Assembly (NCBI GenBank): GCA_046593875.1
Contig: JBKJQQ010000241.1
Span: 18,455-82,454, forward strand
Reading direction: 5' to 3'
From: Mycobacteriales bacterium
GTDB taxonomy: Bacteria > Actinomycetota > Actinomycetes > Mycobacteriales > SCTD01
DNA length: 64,000 nt
Part shown: positions 1 to 9,546 of the stretch, piece by piece
Position numbering within the stretch: the first letter of the stretch is position 1
How the letters are laid out: each line of letters starts with the position of its first letter
Notes under the pieces: generated by a model
Seen by the model: the letters and a program-made list of their open reading frames with translations, nothing else
What the model was told of the DNA's origin: nothing
Database searches by the model: none
Position numbers and translations under genes: made by a program

Positions 1-1814
1 CCTGCTACCACGGGCCGGACGGCCTCAAGGACATCGCGCAGCGCACGCACCGCTACGCGACCCTGCTCGCGAAGGCGCTGGGCAGCACCCGGCACGCCGC
101 CTTCTTCGACACCCTGACCGTCGAGGTTCCCGGCCGGGCTCAGCAGGTCGTCGATGCCGCGGCCCGGGCGGGCATCGACCTGCGCCTCGTGGACGCCGCC
201 ACGGTCGGCATCAGCACGGACGAGACGACCACCCGGGCGCACCTCGACGCGGTCGTCGCGGCGTTCGGGGGCGAGCCCCAGGACTGGGACGCCCTCGACG
301 CCGACACCCCCGAGGCCCTGCCGGCCGAGCTGCTCCGCACCAGCTCGTACCTCAGCCACCCCGTCTTCTCGACCCACCGCAGCGAGACCGCGATGCTGCG
401 CTACCTGCGGCGCCTGTCCGACAAGGACCTCGCGCTCGACCGGACGATGATCCCGCTGGGCTCCTGCACCATGAAGCTCAACGCCACCACCGAGATGGAG
501 CCGGTGACCTGGCCGGAGTTCGGCGCGCTGCACCCGTTCACGCCCGCCGTCAACGCGCAGGGCTACCGGCGGCTCGTCGACGACCTCGAGCAGTGGCTGT
601 GCGAGATCACCGGCTACGACGCGGTGAGCCTGCAGCCCAACGCCGGCAGCCAGGGCGAGTTCGCGGGGCTGCTCGCGATCCGCGGCTACCACCTGGCCAA
701 CGGCGACGACCAGCGCGACGTCTGCCTCATCCCGGCCAGCGCCCACGGGACGAACGCCGCCAGCGCCGTCATGGCCGGCATGCGCGTCGTCGTCGTCGCG
801 ACGGCCCCGACGGGCGACGTCGACACCGAGGACCTGCACGCCAAGATCGCTCAGCACGGCGACCGCTTGGCCGCGCTGATGGTTACCTACCCGAGCACGC
901 ACGGCGTCTTCGAGGACACGATCACCGACATCTGCGCCTCGGTGCACGAGGCCGGCGGTCAGGTCTACGTCGACGGGGCGAACCTCAACGCCCTGGTCGG
1001 CCTGGCCCGACCCGGGAAGTTCGGGGCGGACGTCAGCCACCTCAACCTCCACAAGACGTTCTGCATCCCGCACGGCGGCGGCGGCCCCGGCGTCGGCCCG
1101 GTCGCGGTGCGCGCGCACCTCGCCCCGCACCTGCCGAACCACCCGCTCGCCCCCGAGGCCGGTCCGGCCACCGGACCCGGTCCGATCAGCGCGGCGCCGT
1201 ACGGCAGCGCGAGCATCCTGCCGATCAGCTGGGCCTACGTCCGGCTCATGGGCGGCGAGGGCCTCACCCGCGCCACCCAGGTCGCGGTCCTGAACGCCAA
1301 CTACGTGGCGCACCGGCTGCAGCCGCACTTCCCGGTGCTCTACACCGGTCGCGGCGGGCTGGTCGCGCACGAGTGCATCGTCGACCTGCGTCAGATCACC
1401 AAGGAGACCGGTGTCAGCGTCGACGACGTCGCGAAGCGGCTGGTCGACTACGGCTTCCACGCGCCGACGATGAGCTTCCCGGTCGCCGGGACGCTGATGA
1501 TCGAGCCGACCGAGAGCGAGGACCTGGCCGAGCTGGACCGCTTCTGCGACGCGATGATCGCGATCCGCAAGGAGATCGACGAGGTCGCCGCCGGCACGTG
1601 GCCGAAGGACGACAACCCGCTGCACAACGCCCCGCACACCGCGTCGTGCCTGGCGGGGGAGTGGGACCGCAGCTACGCGCGCGAGACGGCGGCGTTCCCG
1701 CCCGGGGTCACGCGGTCGAGCAAGTACTGGCCGCCGGTCCGGCGGATCGACGGGGCGTACGGCGACCGCAACCTGGTCTGCTCGTGTCCGAGCCCTTCCG
1801 CGTACGAGGAGTAG
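1..1814 (+). CDS. gcvP: glycine dehydrogenase (decarboxylating), glycine-cleavage P protein; the 5' end lies upstream of the window
   Basis: Frame 3 is open from nt 3 ([19 protein letters not shown]...) and continues into ORF 189..1814. Typical GcvP C-terminal motifs are present: [16 protein letters not shown] and [21 protein letters not shown]. Confidence 0.95.
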   Translation, partial: CYHGPDGLKDIAQRTHRYATLLAKALGSTRHAAFFDTLTVEVPGRAQQVVDAAARAGIDLRLVDAATVGISTDETTTRAHLDAVVAAFGGEPQDWDALDADTPEALPAELLRTSSYLSHPVFSTHRSETAMLRYLRRLSDKDLALDRTMIPLGSCTMKLNATTEMEPVTWPEFGALHPFTPAVNAQGYRRLVDDLEQWLCEITGYDAVSLQPNAGSQGEFAGLLAIRGYHLANGDDQRDVCLIPASAHGTNAASAVMAGMRVVVVATAPTGDVDTEDLHAKIAQHGDRLAALMVTYPSTHGVFEDTITDICASVHEAGGQVYVDGANLNALVGLARPGKFGADVSHLNLHKTFCIPHGGGGPGVGPVAVRAHLAPHLPNHPLAPEAGPATGPGPISAAPYGSASILPISWAYVRLMGGEGLTRATQVAVLNANYVAHRLQPHFPVLYTGRGGLVAHECIVDLRQITKETGVSVDDVAKRLVDYGFHAPTMSFPVAGTLMIEPTESEDLAELDRFCDAMIAIRKEIDEVAAGTWPKDDNPLHNAPHTASCLAGEWDRSYARETAAFPPGVTRSSKYWPPVRRIDGAYGDRNLVCSCPSPSAYEE

Positions 1815-1853
1815 CGCATAAGGGACTGCGTACGAGGAGAGCCAGGCAGGCCC

Positions 1854-2066
1854 TCACGCCGCGGGGGTCCAGATGCGGCAGGCCGGGCGGTGCGGCGCGA
1901 CCGTCCGGCCGTCGGGCAGGATCTCCCCAGTGTCCTCGAACAGCACGACCCCGTTGCAGAGCAGGCTCCAGCCCTGCTCGGGGTGCCGGCTGACCACGCG
2001 CGCGGCGTCGTGATCAGCGGCCCAGGCCGGGGGACAGGCGGGGCTGTGGCTGCAGGGATCGCACAT
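1854..2066 (-). CDS. small Cys-rich conserved actinobacterial protein (DUF5999-like)
   Basis: 70-aa ORF containing HPEQGWSLLCNGVVLFEDTGEILPDG, which I recall as the DUF5999 signature. Family assignment is from memory only. Confidence 0.5.
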   Translation of the reverse strand: MCDPCSHSPACPPAWAADHDAARVVSRHPEQGWSLLCNGVVLFEDTGEILPDGRTVAPHRPACRIWTPAA

Positions 2067-2070
2067 CGTC

Positions 2071-3264
2071 GTGCTCCAGGTCAGGGGCTGCGGAGGTGGT
2101 GCTGGGTGTGGTTCGTGTCACAGTGCTCTTCGGACGGGTTCCGTGAGGCCTGAACGCTTGATCGGGGGACAACTGCCGGGCCAGCCCCGAGGCTGGCACC
2201 GCGAGGTCGCCCGCCTCGAGTGGCGCGCCGACGACCCGGGCGAACCTGCGGTGCTGGTCGAGGGCTTCCTCGGTGACCACGTGCGGAGCGGCCGGGCGGT
2301 CGCGCTGCTGCTCGGGGCGCAGGGCTGCGCGCGGCTGGCCGGGCTGCCCGAAGGACCGCCGTCGCCGGTGCCCGCGGTACCGGAGCTGGTGGCGGTCGCC
2401 CTGGCGCCCGGCGCCGCCCCACCGCGGGACGAGGCGCCCGTGGACGTGGGGGAGTGGACGACCTCCTGGACCGACGCCGAGCACGCCGCCGCCGTCGACG
2501 CCGTCCGGGAGGCGATCGGGCGCGGCGACGTCTACCAGGCCAACGTCGTCGGCCACCGCAGCGCCCCGCACCGCAGCCGGCCGCTGGACCTCGCGCACGC
2601 GGTGGCCGCGCTGCCGGGCGCGACGTACGGGGGAGTGCTGGCCGGCGACGGCTGGGCCATCGGCTGCGCGTCGCCGGAGCAGCTGGTCCGGGTGGTCGGC
2701 GACCGCATCACGACCGTGCCGATCAAGGGCACGCTGCGGATCGCCCCCGGCTCGGACGCGCTGCTGCGGAGCAGCACCAAGGACCGCGCCGAGCACGTCA
2801 TGATCGTCGACCTCGAGCGCAACGACCTCTCCCGGGTCGCCGTCACCGGCAGCGTCCAGGTCGAGGAGCTCTTCGCGCTGCAGGAGTGGGCCGGCCTGTG
2901 GCAGGCCTCCTCGACGGTGGCCGCGCAGCTCCGGCCGGACGCCGGGGTGCCGGAGGTGCTGCGGGCGCTGCTGCCGGGGGGATCAGTGACGGGCGCGCCG
3001 AAGCGGGCGGCCTGCGCGCTGCTGGCCGGCCTCGAGCCGGTCGGGCGCGGCCCGTCGATGGGGGCCTTCGGCACGATCACGGTCGGCGGGCTCGACCTCG
3101 GGCTGACGATCCGCACGATCGCCGCGGACGAGCAGCGCGTGCACCTGTGGGCCGGCGGCGGCATCACCTGGAGCAGTGACCCCGTGGCCGAGGTGGATGA
3201 GGCGCACGCGAAGGCCGGGCCGGTGCTGAGAACGCTGGCTCAGGTCCGGCCCTCGTCCTCCTGA
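2071..3264 (+). CDS. chorismate-binding enzyme (aminodeoxychorismate / anthranilate synthase component I family)
   Basis: Motifs GDVYQANV, TVPIKGT, KDRAEHVMIVDLERNDLSRV, LLPGGSVTGAPKRAA and GGGITWSSDP. The start is uncertain: a start at 2071 leaves only 4 nt to the divergent gene, and TTG 2158 is an alternative. Confidence 0.8.
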   Translation: MLQVRGCGGGAGCGSCHSALRTGSVRPERLIGGQLPGQPRGWHREVARLEWRADDPGEPAVLVEGFLGDHVRSGRAVALLLGAQGCARLAGLPEGPPSPVPAVPELVAVALAPGAAPPRDEAPVDVGEWTTSWTDAEHAAAVDAVREAIGRGDVYQANVVGHRSAPHRSRPLDLAHAVAALPGATYGGVLAGDGWAIGCASPEQLVRVVGDRITTVPIKGTLRIAPGSDALLRSSTKDRAEHVMIVDLERNDLSRVAVTGSVQVEELFALQEWAGLWQASSTVAAQLRPDAGVPEVLRALLPGGSVTGAPKRAACALLAGLEPVGRGPSMGAFGTITVGGLDLGLTIRTIAADEQRVHLWAGGGITWSSDPVAEVDEAHAKAGPVLRTLAQVRPSSS

Positions 3265-3716
3265 GCCCGCTGCAGCACCGGCTCCTCGCCCATCCAGCGC
3301 GCCCGGAGCACCGGGAAGCCCGCCCCCTCGTAGGCGTCGCAGACCTGCTCGTCGTCGTCGACCACGACGGCGACGGTGCGGTCCTCGGCCAGCCGGCGCA
3401 GCAGCTCGAGCTTGGCGACCCGCGCCGGCCGGAAGTCTCGGCCGCGCCGCATCGAGAGCGTCCCCTCGGGCAGCCCGTGCTGCCGGAACCACGCCAGGGT
3501 GTCCCGTCGGCAGCGCTCCGGGCGTCCCGTCACGTAGACGATCTCGCAGTCCTTCGCGCTCTCGACGGCCAGGGCCACCCCCTGCGCGAGCGGCGGATCG
3601 TCGATCGCGGCGCCGAAGAAGCCGTCCCAGTCCTTGGGCTTGCGCTCGACGAAGCGCAGCCGGTGCCGGACGTCGGCCAGCACCCCGTCGATGTCGAACA
3701 CCGCCAGCGGCCTCAC
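3240..3716 (-). CDS. HAD-superfamily phosphatase-like protein
   Basis: The C-terminal 158 codons of ORF 3240..4442 begin V-RPLAVFDIDGVLAD (DxDG HAD motif I) and include VYVTGRP and VVDDD. The GTG at 3716 overlaps the stop of the upstream gene (GTGA). Confidence 0.6.
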   Translation of the reverse strand: MRPLAVFDIDGVLADVRHRLRFVERKPKDWDGFFGAAIDDPPLAQGVALAVESAKDCEIVYVTGRPERCRRDTLAWFRQHGLPEGTLSMRRGRDFRPARVAKLELLRRLAEDRTVAVVVDDDEQVCDAYEGAGFPVLRARWMGEEPVLQRAQEDEGRT

Positions 3717-4540
3717 GCCGGCACCGCCTCTCGTCGTACGGCCCGCTCGAGCGGCAGCAGGGACAGCAGCGCGACGCAGTGCGGCAGGAAGATGATCGTG
3801 ATCATCGAGAACGTCATGACGTGGAAGCCGAGGAAGCCCAGCGCGAGCAGCCAGGTCACCCGCGGGTCGCGCCAGCGGACGAGCAGCAGCGGCGCGACGA
3901 CCAGCTCCATGACCATGATCCCGTACTGCGCGGCGTGCAGCACCCAGGGCACGTCCAGCAGCGGCTCGGACAGCGGAGTGCTGCGGCGCAGGACCGCGCG
4001 GGTGAGCGTGGCGCCGTCGACCCAGTCCCACCCGCCGAAGCGGATCTTGGCCACGGCGGCCAGGACGTACGTCGCGACGACGGCGAGCGCGACCATCGAC
4101 AGCGCCCAGCCCGCCGCTTCGGAGCGGTCTCGCGAGCGCAGCGACGCCCGCCCGACGCTCGGCAGGACGAACAGCGCCACCAGGAAGGCGAACCGGTCGT
4201 GGTCGACCTTGCCGTAGCTCATCGCCACGACCATCCACTCGAGGTAGAGCACCGCGACCAGCCAGCCGGCGACGCGGGGGAGGACGTCCCGGACGGCAGC
4301 CGCGGCCGCGAGCAGCGCGGCCGCGACGAGCAGCACCAGGAAGACCTCGACCCACGGTCCGGGCGTCGGCAGGGGCAGCAGCCGGCCGATCCGCAGCGGG
4401 ACGTACAGCTCGCCCGGCACCTGGGCGTGCCCGCGCACCCACGTCGTGGTGAGTAGCACGTCGATCGGGACGAACAGGTAGACGAGCACCCTCAGGACCG
4501 CCACGCGGGCCAGGGGAGCGGGGGAGAAGAGCCAGGTCAC
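3713..4540 (-). CDS. polytopic integral membrane protein, HTTM-like
   Basis: 275-aa ORF with multiple hydrophobic segments. The N terminus (RVAVLRVLVYLFVPIDVLL) resembles HTTM-domain proteins. The family call is tentative. Confidence 0.5.
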   Translation of the reverse strand: MTWLFSPAPLARVAVLRVLVYLFVPIDVLLTTTWVRGHAQVPGELYVPLRIGRLLPLPTPGPWVEVFLVLLVAAALLAAAAAVRDVLPRVAGWLVAVLYLEWMVVAMSYGKVDHDRFAFLVALFVLPSVGRASLRSRDRSEAAGWALSMVALAVVATYVLAAVAKIRFGGWDWVDGATLTRAVLRRSTPLSEPLLDVPWVLHAAQYGIMVMELVVAPLLLVRWRDPRVTWLLALGFLGFHVMTFSMITIIFLPHCVALLSLLPLERAVRREAVPA

Positions 4541-5001
4541 GGTCGCCGCCAGCTCGCCACGACCTGCTCGGTCTGCTCGCCCGTCGGCCGGCTGTCGCGC
4601 AGCCGGTAGCGCAGCTCGACGACCCGGACCTCGGCGTACGGCGGCTCGTCCGGCCGCAGCCGGTCGTGCGCGGCGGCCAGCTGGGCGAGCAGCGCGGGGT
4701 CGGCCCGGAAACGCTGCACCTGTCCCTCGACCTCCGCGCGCTTGAGGCCGGTGGAGCGCTCGTCGACCACCAGGACGCGGCCGTCGGGGGAGACCGCCTC
4801 GACGCGGGTGCTCACGACCGCGCCATCCGGGTCGTCGCGGGTGCTGTACATCCGGAACGGGCCGAACGGGAAGTCGTCGTCCTGGCCCACGAACGTGCCC
4901 GCCAGCGTGAGCAACGCGAGCAGCAGCGTGACCACCACGCGGGCCCGTCGTCCGGCGGCGCTGAGCACGACGCTCACCCTAGCGAGGCAGGCGTTGATCA
5001 C
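4537..5001 (-). CDS. membrane-anchored hypothetical protein co-transcribed with the HTTM-like gene
   Basis: 154-aa ORF with one N-terminal TM segment (VVVTLLLALLTLAGTFV). It has a 4-nt overlap with the downstream gene. The exact start is uncertain. Confidence 0.45.
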   Translation of the reverse strand: MINACLARVSVVLSAAGRRARVVVTLLLALLTLAGTFVGQDDDFPFGPFRMYSTRDDPDGAVVSTRVEAVSPDGRVLVVDERSTGLKRAEVEGQVQRFRADPALLAQLAAAHDRLRPDEPPYAEVRVVELRYRLRDSRPTGEQTEQVVASWRRP

Positions 5002-5071
5002 AGGATGTCACTCAAGGTGACGAAGGGTTGCGTCGAGGAACAGGACAACTGCCCCACGGAGAGGTCCTGCG

Positions 5072-5641
5072 ATGCGCCTGCGGTCACTGTCTGTTGCCTT
5101 ACTGGCCGGCGTCGCCCTCGTCCCGGTGAGTGCCTCCGCCGCCCCCGCCTCCGCCGACAGCGCGTCCGTCGCCTCCGGCGCGGCGGGCACCTTCAAGACC
5201 TCCGCGGCCCAGCGCGCCAAGCGCGCGGCGCTGTCCGCGCCGGCGCAGTCGGCCCGGACGGCCGGCCCGACGGTCACGGTGTCGTACGCCTCCCGCGTCC
5301 TGACCCTGACCAACGCCGAGCGCACCCGCCGCGGCCTGCGCGCGCTGTCGTTCTCCAGCTGCGCCGAGGGCTTCGCGGACACCTGGGCCGACCGGCTCGC
5401 CGCCGCCGGCAGCCTGTCGCACCAGGCGCTGTCGCCGATCCTCAGCGCGTGCAGCGCCCGCGGCGTCGGCGAGAACGTCGCCTTCGGCAACGTCAGCCCG
5501 GAGCAGCTCGTCGCCATGTGGATGGGTTCCACCGGCCACCGCGCCAACATCCTCAACCCGTCCTTCACGCACCTCGGCGTCGGCGACGTGACCACGTCGA
5601 CCGGCCGCGTGTACGGCGTGCAGGTGTTCCTGACGCTCTAG
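5072..5641 (+). CDS. secreted CAP/SCP (PR-1-like) domain protein
   Basis: Signal peptide MRLRSLSVALLAGVALVPVSASA. CAP motifs: NAERTRRGLRAL, GENVAFG and MWMGSTGHRANILNPSFTHLGVG. Confidence 0.8.
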   Translation: MRLRSLSVALLAGVALVPVSASAAPASADSASVASGAAGTFKTSAAQRAKRAALSAPAQSARTAGPTVTVSYASRVLTLTNAERTRRGLRALSFSSCAEGFADTWADRLAAAGSLSHQALSPILSACSARGVGENVAFGNVSPEQLVAMWMGSTGHRANILNPSFTHLGVGDVTTSTGRVYGVQVFLTL

Positions 5642-5982
5642 CAGCCCCCTCCGGACCGCGCCCGGCAGGACGAGACTGAGCACCTCGTCCGCCGGGCGCC
5701 GTCATGCCCACGCGGCCCGGTCCGTCCTGTTGATTGACATAGTGTCGATTATCGGCGGCTTCCACCCACGGCCGGAAGCGACACGGCGGCTGTGTCCGTC
5801 CTTGGCTGCTGCCGGGGCTGAGCGGCAACGTACTTCGGCACAACGGAATCGCCAGCGCACTGTCCTGAGGGTTAGACATGCATTACTACCGGCCAGCGCG
5901 CAACCAACGGTGCGTCACAAACGTATGTACAGATAGTGACGTCCCGGACATCCCGGGCGGCCCCCTGACCCAGGAGCCACTG

Positions 5983-7035
5983 ATGACCGCTGTCCCCGTT
6001 CGCAAGATCGTCACCGCTGGCAGCATCACCCTCGCGTTGGCGCTCGCCGCACCCGTTGCGGCCTTCGCCGACGCGGCCGTTCCCGCGAGTCCTAGTGACA
6101 AGAAGGCGTCGGAAGCGGAACGGACGCCCACGTCGTCCTCGTCGGCGCAGGCTCGTCCCGCGGGTAACTCGGGTGTGGGTGACGAGGACGCCAACGAGCG
6201 CAAGGTGACCCTCTGCCACGCGACCGGCAGCCAGAGCAATCCCTACGAGCTCATCACGATCTCCAAGGCTGCCGTGCTGAACGGGCACGCCGACCACCAG
6301 GACGTCGAGGACATCATCCCGAGCTTCACCTACACCGACCGGGACGGAAAGACCCAGACCTTCGCCGCGCAGGGCGACCAGAGGATCCTGACCGCGCAGT
6401 GCGCCACGCCGGCTGACAACGGCGGCAACGGCGGGAACGGCGGCGACGGCGGGAACGGCGGGAACGGCGGGAACGGCGGCAACAACGGCGGCGGCAACAA
6501 CGGTGGCGGCAACAACGGCGGCGGCAACGGCAATCAGGCTCCGGCGAACGGCGGCGGCGTCCAGCAGCCGCAGCAGGCTCCGGCGAACGGCGGCGGCACG
6601 CCCGCACAGCCGCAGCAGCAGCCGGCCACTGTCGGCACGACTCAGCAGCCCGCGCAGGCGCCGGTCACCGGCGGCGGTGCCACGACGGCGGTGCAGCCCG
6701 TGATCGCGCCGGCGTCAACGCCCGTCGTCATCTCGGGCATGACGAACGCACCGGCAGCCGCTGCGCCGACGCCCGTCGCGGGCGCACCGGTGAGCGCGCC
6801 GGCGGTCGCCGGCCAGGGCGTCGCCAGCACTGTGGTTGAAGCGGCCCCGGCCGGGTCGGGCGGCGGGCTCGTCACGGCGGCAGCGCGCGGTGCGGTCGGC
6901 CCCGCCGCCCTGCCCTTCACCGGCAGTAGCGACCTGAGCGTCCTGCTCGCCCTGGGCCTGGGTGTCCTCGGCGTGGGCGCGCTGGCCAACCGCGTCGGCG
7001 CCCGCGAGCAGCGGGCGGCGCACGCCGCTCGCTGA
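5983..7035 (+). CDS. LPXTG-anchored cell-surface protein with a Gly/Asn and Gln/Pro/Ala low-complexity region
   Basis: ATG 5983 is preceded by CAGGAG. Signal peptide MTAVPVRKIVTAGSITLALALAAPVAAFA. The C terminus has LPFTG followed by a hydrophobic segment and a basic tail (sortase signal). The ORF-track start at 5878 was rejected. Confidence 0.75.
   Translation: MTAVPVRKIVTAGSITLALALAAPVAAFADAAVPASPSDKKASEAERTPTSSSSAQARPAGNSGVGDEDANERKVTLCHATGSQSNPYELITISKAAVLNGHADHQDVEDIIPSFTYTDRDGKTQTFAAQGDQRILTAQCATPADNGGNGGNGGDGGNGGNGGNGGNNGGGNNGGGNNGGGNGNQAPANGGGVQQPQQAPANGGGTPAQPQQQPATVGTTQQPAQAPVTGGGATTAVQPVIAPASTPVVISGMTNAPAAAAPTPVAGAPVSAPAVAGQGVASTVVEAAPAGSGGGLVTAAARGAVGPAALPFTGSSDLSVLLALGLGVLGVGALANRVGAREQRAAHAAR
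6418..6534 (+). repeat. in-frame GGC/AAC triplet-repeat tract encoding (GGN)n / (NNGGG)n
   Basis: Direct reading: aacggcggcaacggcgggaacggcggcgacggcgggaacggcgggaacggcgggaacggcggcaacaacggcggcggcaacaac... Confidence 0.9.
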
Positions 7036-7047
7036 TCTGCGCGCCCA

Positions 7048-7084
7048 GAAGGCCGGTCACTGCTCGTCGCGGTGACCGGCCTTC
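7048..7084 (+). terminator. stem-loop downstream of the LPXTG gene (13-bp perfect stem, 11-nt loop)
   Basis: gaaggccggtcac-tgctcgtcgcg-gtgaccggccttc, 13 nt after the stop codon. There is no U-tract, which is common in actinobacteria. Confidence 0.6.
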
Positions 7085-7141
7085 GGCGAATCAGGGCGCC
7101 TCTTCGATCAAGCGGCGCCCCCGGAGGGTCGACGTAGGAGG

Positions 7142-7969
7142 ATGCGCACGCCCCCTCTCCTGCTCGCCCTGGTCACCGTGTCCTGCGTCGTCTCCGCTCC
7201 GGCGCACGCCGCGATGACCACACCGAAGTTCTCCCAGCCGGTCGAACGTCTCGCCGCCTACGACCCGCAGAGCACCTGCAGCCCGACCGCCAAGCCGGGC
7301 ACCAGTCGCTTCGCGGCCGCCGTCGTCCGGTCCTACGCGGGCACCGGGACATACGGCATCGTCCGCGCCTGCCACCTCGGGGGACGCAGCGAGCACAAGG
7401 AGGGACGCGCCTGGGACTGGCGGGTCGACGCGGCGGACCCGAAGCAGCGGGCTCAGGCGCACGACTTACTGCGCTGGCTGTTCGCCAGCGACGCGCTGGG
7501 CAACCGCGCGGCCAACGCCCGGCGGGTCGGCCTCATGTACCTGATCCACGACCGCAAGATCTGGTCGGCGTACGGCGCCGGGACCGGGTGGCGCCCCTAC
7601 ACGGGACCCAACCCGCACACCGACCACATGCACATGTCGTTCAGCCGGGCCGGCGCGAAGGCCCAGACGTCGTGGCACACCGCCGTCGGGTCCGGCGCTG
7701 TCACCGGCACTCCCCGAGTTCTGCCCGTGCCGACCCGCACCGCGCCGCTCCCGGCGCCCAAGCGCAACCCCACCCCGGCCCGGCCCGACCGGCTGCCCAG
7801 CGCGGACCGCGATGCCGAGGGCGGCTGGCGGCCGGCCGACCACCACGGGCGCGAGGAGAGCCGTGGGGACGGCAAGCGCACCAGGGCGCAGCGCGACGCC
7901 CAGGACCGCCGCGACGAGCAAACTGACCCTCGTGACGTCGGCCGTGAGGGCCGCCGTCGAGGCTGGTAG
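7142..7969 (+). CDS. secreted zinc peptidase-like protein (peptidase M15 / VanY-type SxHxxGxAxD motif) with a charged disordered tail
   Basis: Signal peptide ending APAHA. SEHKEGRAWD (nt 7388..7417) fits SxHxxGxAxD, and a downstream HTDHMH could supply the second His ligand. The C-terminal ~90 aa are Arg/Asp/Glu/Pro-rich. Confidence 0.6.
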   Translation: MRTPPLLLALVTVSCVVSAPAHAAMTTPKFSQPVERLAAYDPQSTCSPTAKPGTSRFAAAVVRSYAGTGTYGIVRACHLGGRSEHKEGRAWDWRVDAADPKQRAQAHDLLRWLFASDALGNRAANARRVGLMYLIHDRKIWSAYGAGTGWRPYTGPNPHTDHMHMSFSRAGAKAQTSWHTAVGSGAVTGTPRVLPVPTRTAPLPAPKRNPTPARPDRLPSADRDAEGGWRPADHHGREESRGDGKRTRAQRDAQDRRDEQTDPRDVGREGRRRGW

Positions 7970-7981
7970 GCGTCTCTTCGG

Positions 7982-9454
7982 CTAGGAGTCGACCTGCGCC
8001 GCCGCGTCGAGAGCGTCGTCCAGGCGTCGCTCTCCGCCCGGCTCGCCGTCCTCGACCGCCTGCACCGCACGGGAGACCTCGATCATCGTCTCGCGGTCGA
8101 CGACCTTGACCCGCTCGCGCGGCGTGTCGCCGACGGGGCCGTACGCCTCGCCGAGGGCGAGCTCGTGGGCGTCCAGGAGCTGCCAGCCGTCCCACGTCGT
8201 GTAGGCGATGCCTTGGGCGTGCAGGAACTCGGTGACCGCCTCCACCGACGGCTCGGCCGCCTCGGGCATCGTGTCGAGATCGTCGAGCATCGAGCCGATG
8301 GTCTCGATCGCGTCGCCCTTGGTGTGCCCGATCAGGCCGACCGGGCCGCGCTTGACCCAGCCGTTGACGTAGACGCCCGGCAGCGGCGCGCCGTCCAGAC
8401 CCAGCACGCGGCCGCGCGCGTGCGGCACGACGTGGTTGCTGGCATCCCAGGGCAGGCCGGGCAGCTCGCTGGAGCGGTAGCCGACGCAGCGGTAGACCGC
8501 CTGCACGGGCCAGTCGTGGAACTCCCCCGTACCGCGAACGTTGCCGTCGCCGGTCAGCTCGGTGCGCTCGGTCCGGAACGACTCGACGCGCCCATCGCCG
8601 GTGACCTCGACCGGCGACTCGAAGAAGTGCAGCCAGAGCTTGCGCGGGCGGTCGCCCAGGCCCTTGTCGGCGGTGCGCATCGCGTACTTCTCGAGCTCGC
8701 GCACCACCAGCTTGGTCTGGTTGTCGGAGTTGATCGCGGCGACCGAGCCGTCGTCGTACTCGATGTCCTCGGGGTTGACCAGGACCTCGACGTTGGGCGA
8801 GTGGTCGAGCTCGCGCAGCTCTAGCGGCGTGAACTTCGCCTGGGCCGGCCCGCGCCGGGCGAAGACGTGGACCTCCTTCACCGGCGAGGCCTTGAGCCCC
8901 CGGTAGACGTTGTCCGGGATCTCGGTCACCAGCAGCTCGTCGGCCGTCTTGGACAGCATCCGGGCGACGTCCAGGCCGACGTTGCCGGCGCCGACGACGG
9001 CGATCGACCCGGCGTCCAGCGGCCACTCGCGCGGCACGTCCGGGTGGCCGTCGAACCAGGACACGAAGTCGGCGCCGCCGTAGCTGCCCGGCAGGTCGAT
9101 CCCGGGGATGTCGAGGTCGCGGTCCTTCTCGGCGCCGGTCGTGAACACGACCGCGTCGTAGTAGCGGCGCAGGTCCTCGAGCTTGACGTCGACGCCGTAC
9201 TCCACATTGCCCAGCAGCCGGATCTGCGGCTTGGACAGCACCTGGTGCAGCGCCTTGACGATGCCCTTGATGCGCGGGTGGTCCGGCGCGACGCCGTAGC
9301 GGATCAGGCCGAAGGGCGCGGGCTGGCGCTCGTACAGGTCGATCGAGACCGGGGTGTCGGACTTCATCAGCACGTCGGCGGCGTAGATGCCGGCGGGGCC
9401 GGCGCCCACGATCGCCACCCGCAGCGGGCGGTCCTGCGTCCCTGGGCGCGCCAC
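7982..9454 (-). CDS. fprA: NADPH-ferredoxin (adrenodoxin-type) reductase
   Basis: VAIVGAGPAGIYAADVL, FGLIRYGVAPDHPRIK and VVGAGNVGLDVARML. GTG 9454 is preceded by GAGGAG. The longer ORF-track N terminus is Arg/Gly-rich and was rejected. Confidence 0.85.
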   Translation of the reverse strand: MARPGTQDRPLRVAIVGAGPAGIYAADVLMKSDTPVSIDLYERQPAPFGLIRYGVAPDHPRIKGIVKALHQVLSKPQIRLLGNVEYGVDVKLEDLRRYYDAVVFTTGAEKDRDLDIPGIDLPGSYGGADFVSWFDGHPDVPREWPLDAGSIAVVGAGNVGLDVARMLSKTADELLVTEIPDNVYRGLKASPVKEVHVFARRGPAQAKFTPLELRELDHSPNVEVLVNPEDIEYDDGSVAAINSDNQTKLVVRELEKYAMRTADKGLGDRPRKLWLHFFESPVEVTGDGRVESFRTERTELTGDGNVRGTGEFHDWPVQAVYRCVGYRSSELPGLPWDASNHVVPHARGRVLGLDGAPLPGVYVNGWVKRGPVGLIGHTKGDAIETIGSMLDDLDTMPEAAEPSVEAVTEFLHAQGIAYTTWDGWQLLDAHELALGEAYGPVGDTPRERVKVVDRETMIEVSRAVQAVEDGEPGGERRLDDALDAAAQVDS

Positions 9455-9546
9455 GGGGTCTCCTCGACGTCGACGGTCTGGATCGATCCTCCCATTGTCA
9501 CCGTCGACAAGCAGACTTCGCGCCGGCCGGAGGTGACCTGCACCAC

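Noticed and set aside
5878-5982. Upstream ATG 5878 for the LPXTG protein
   Set aside because: It adds 35 residues (MHYYRPARNQRCVTNVC...) with atypical codons before a perfect signal peptide. ATG 5983 has a CAGGAG RBS.
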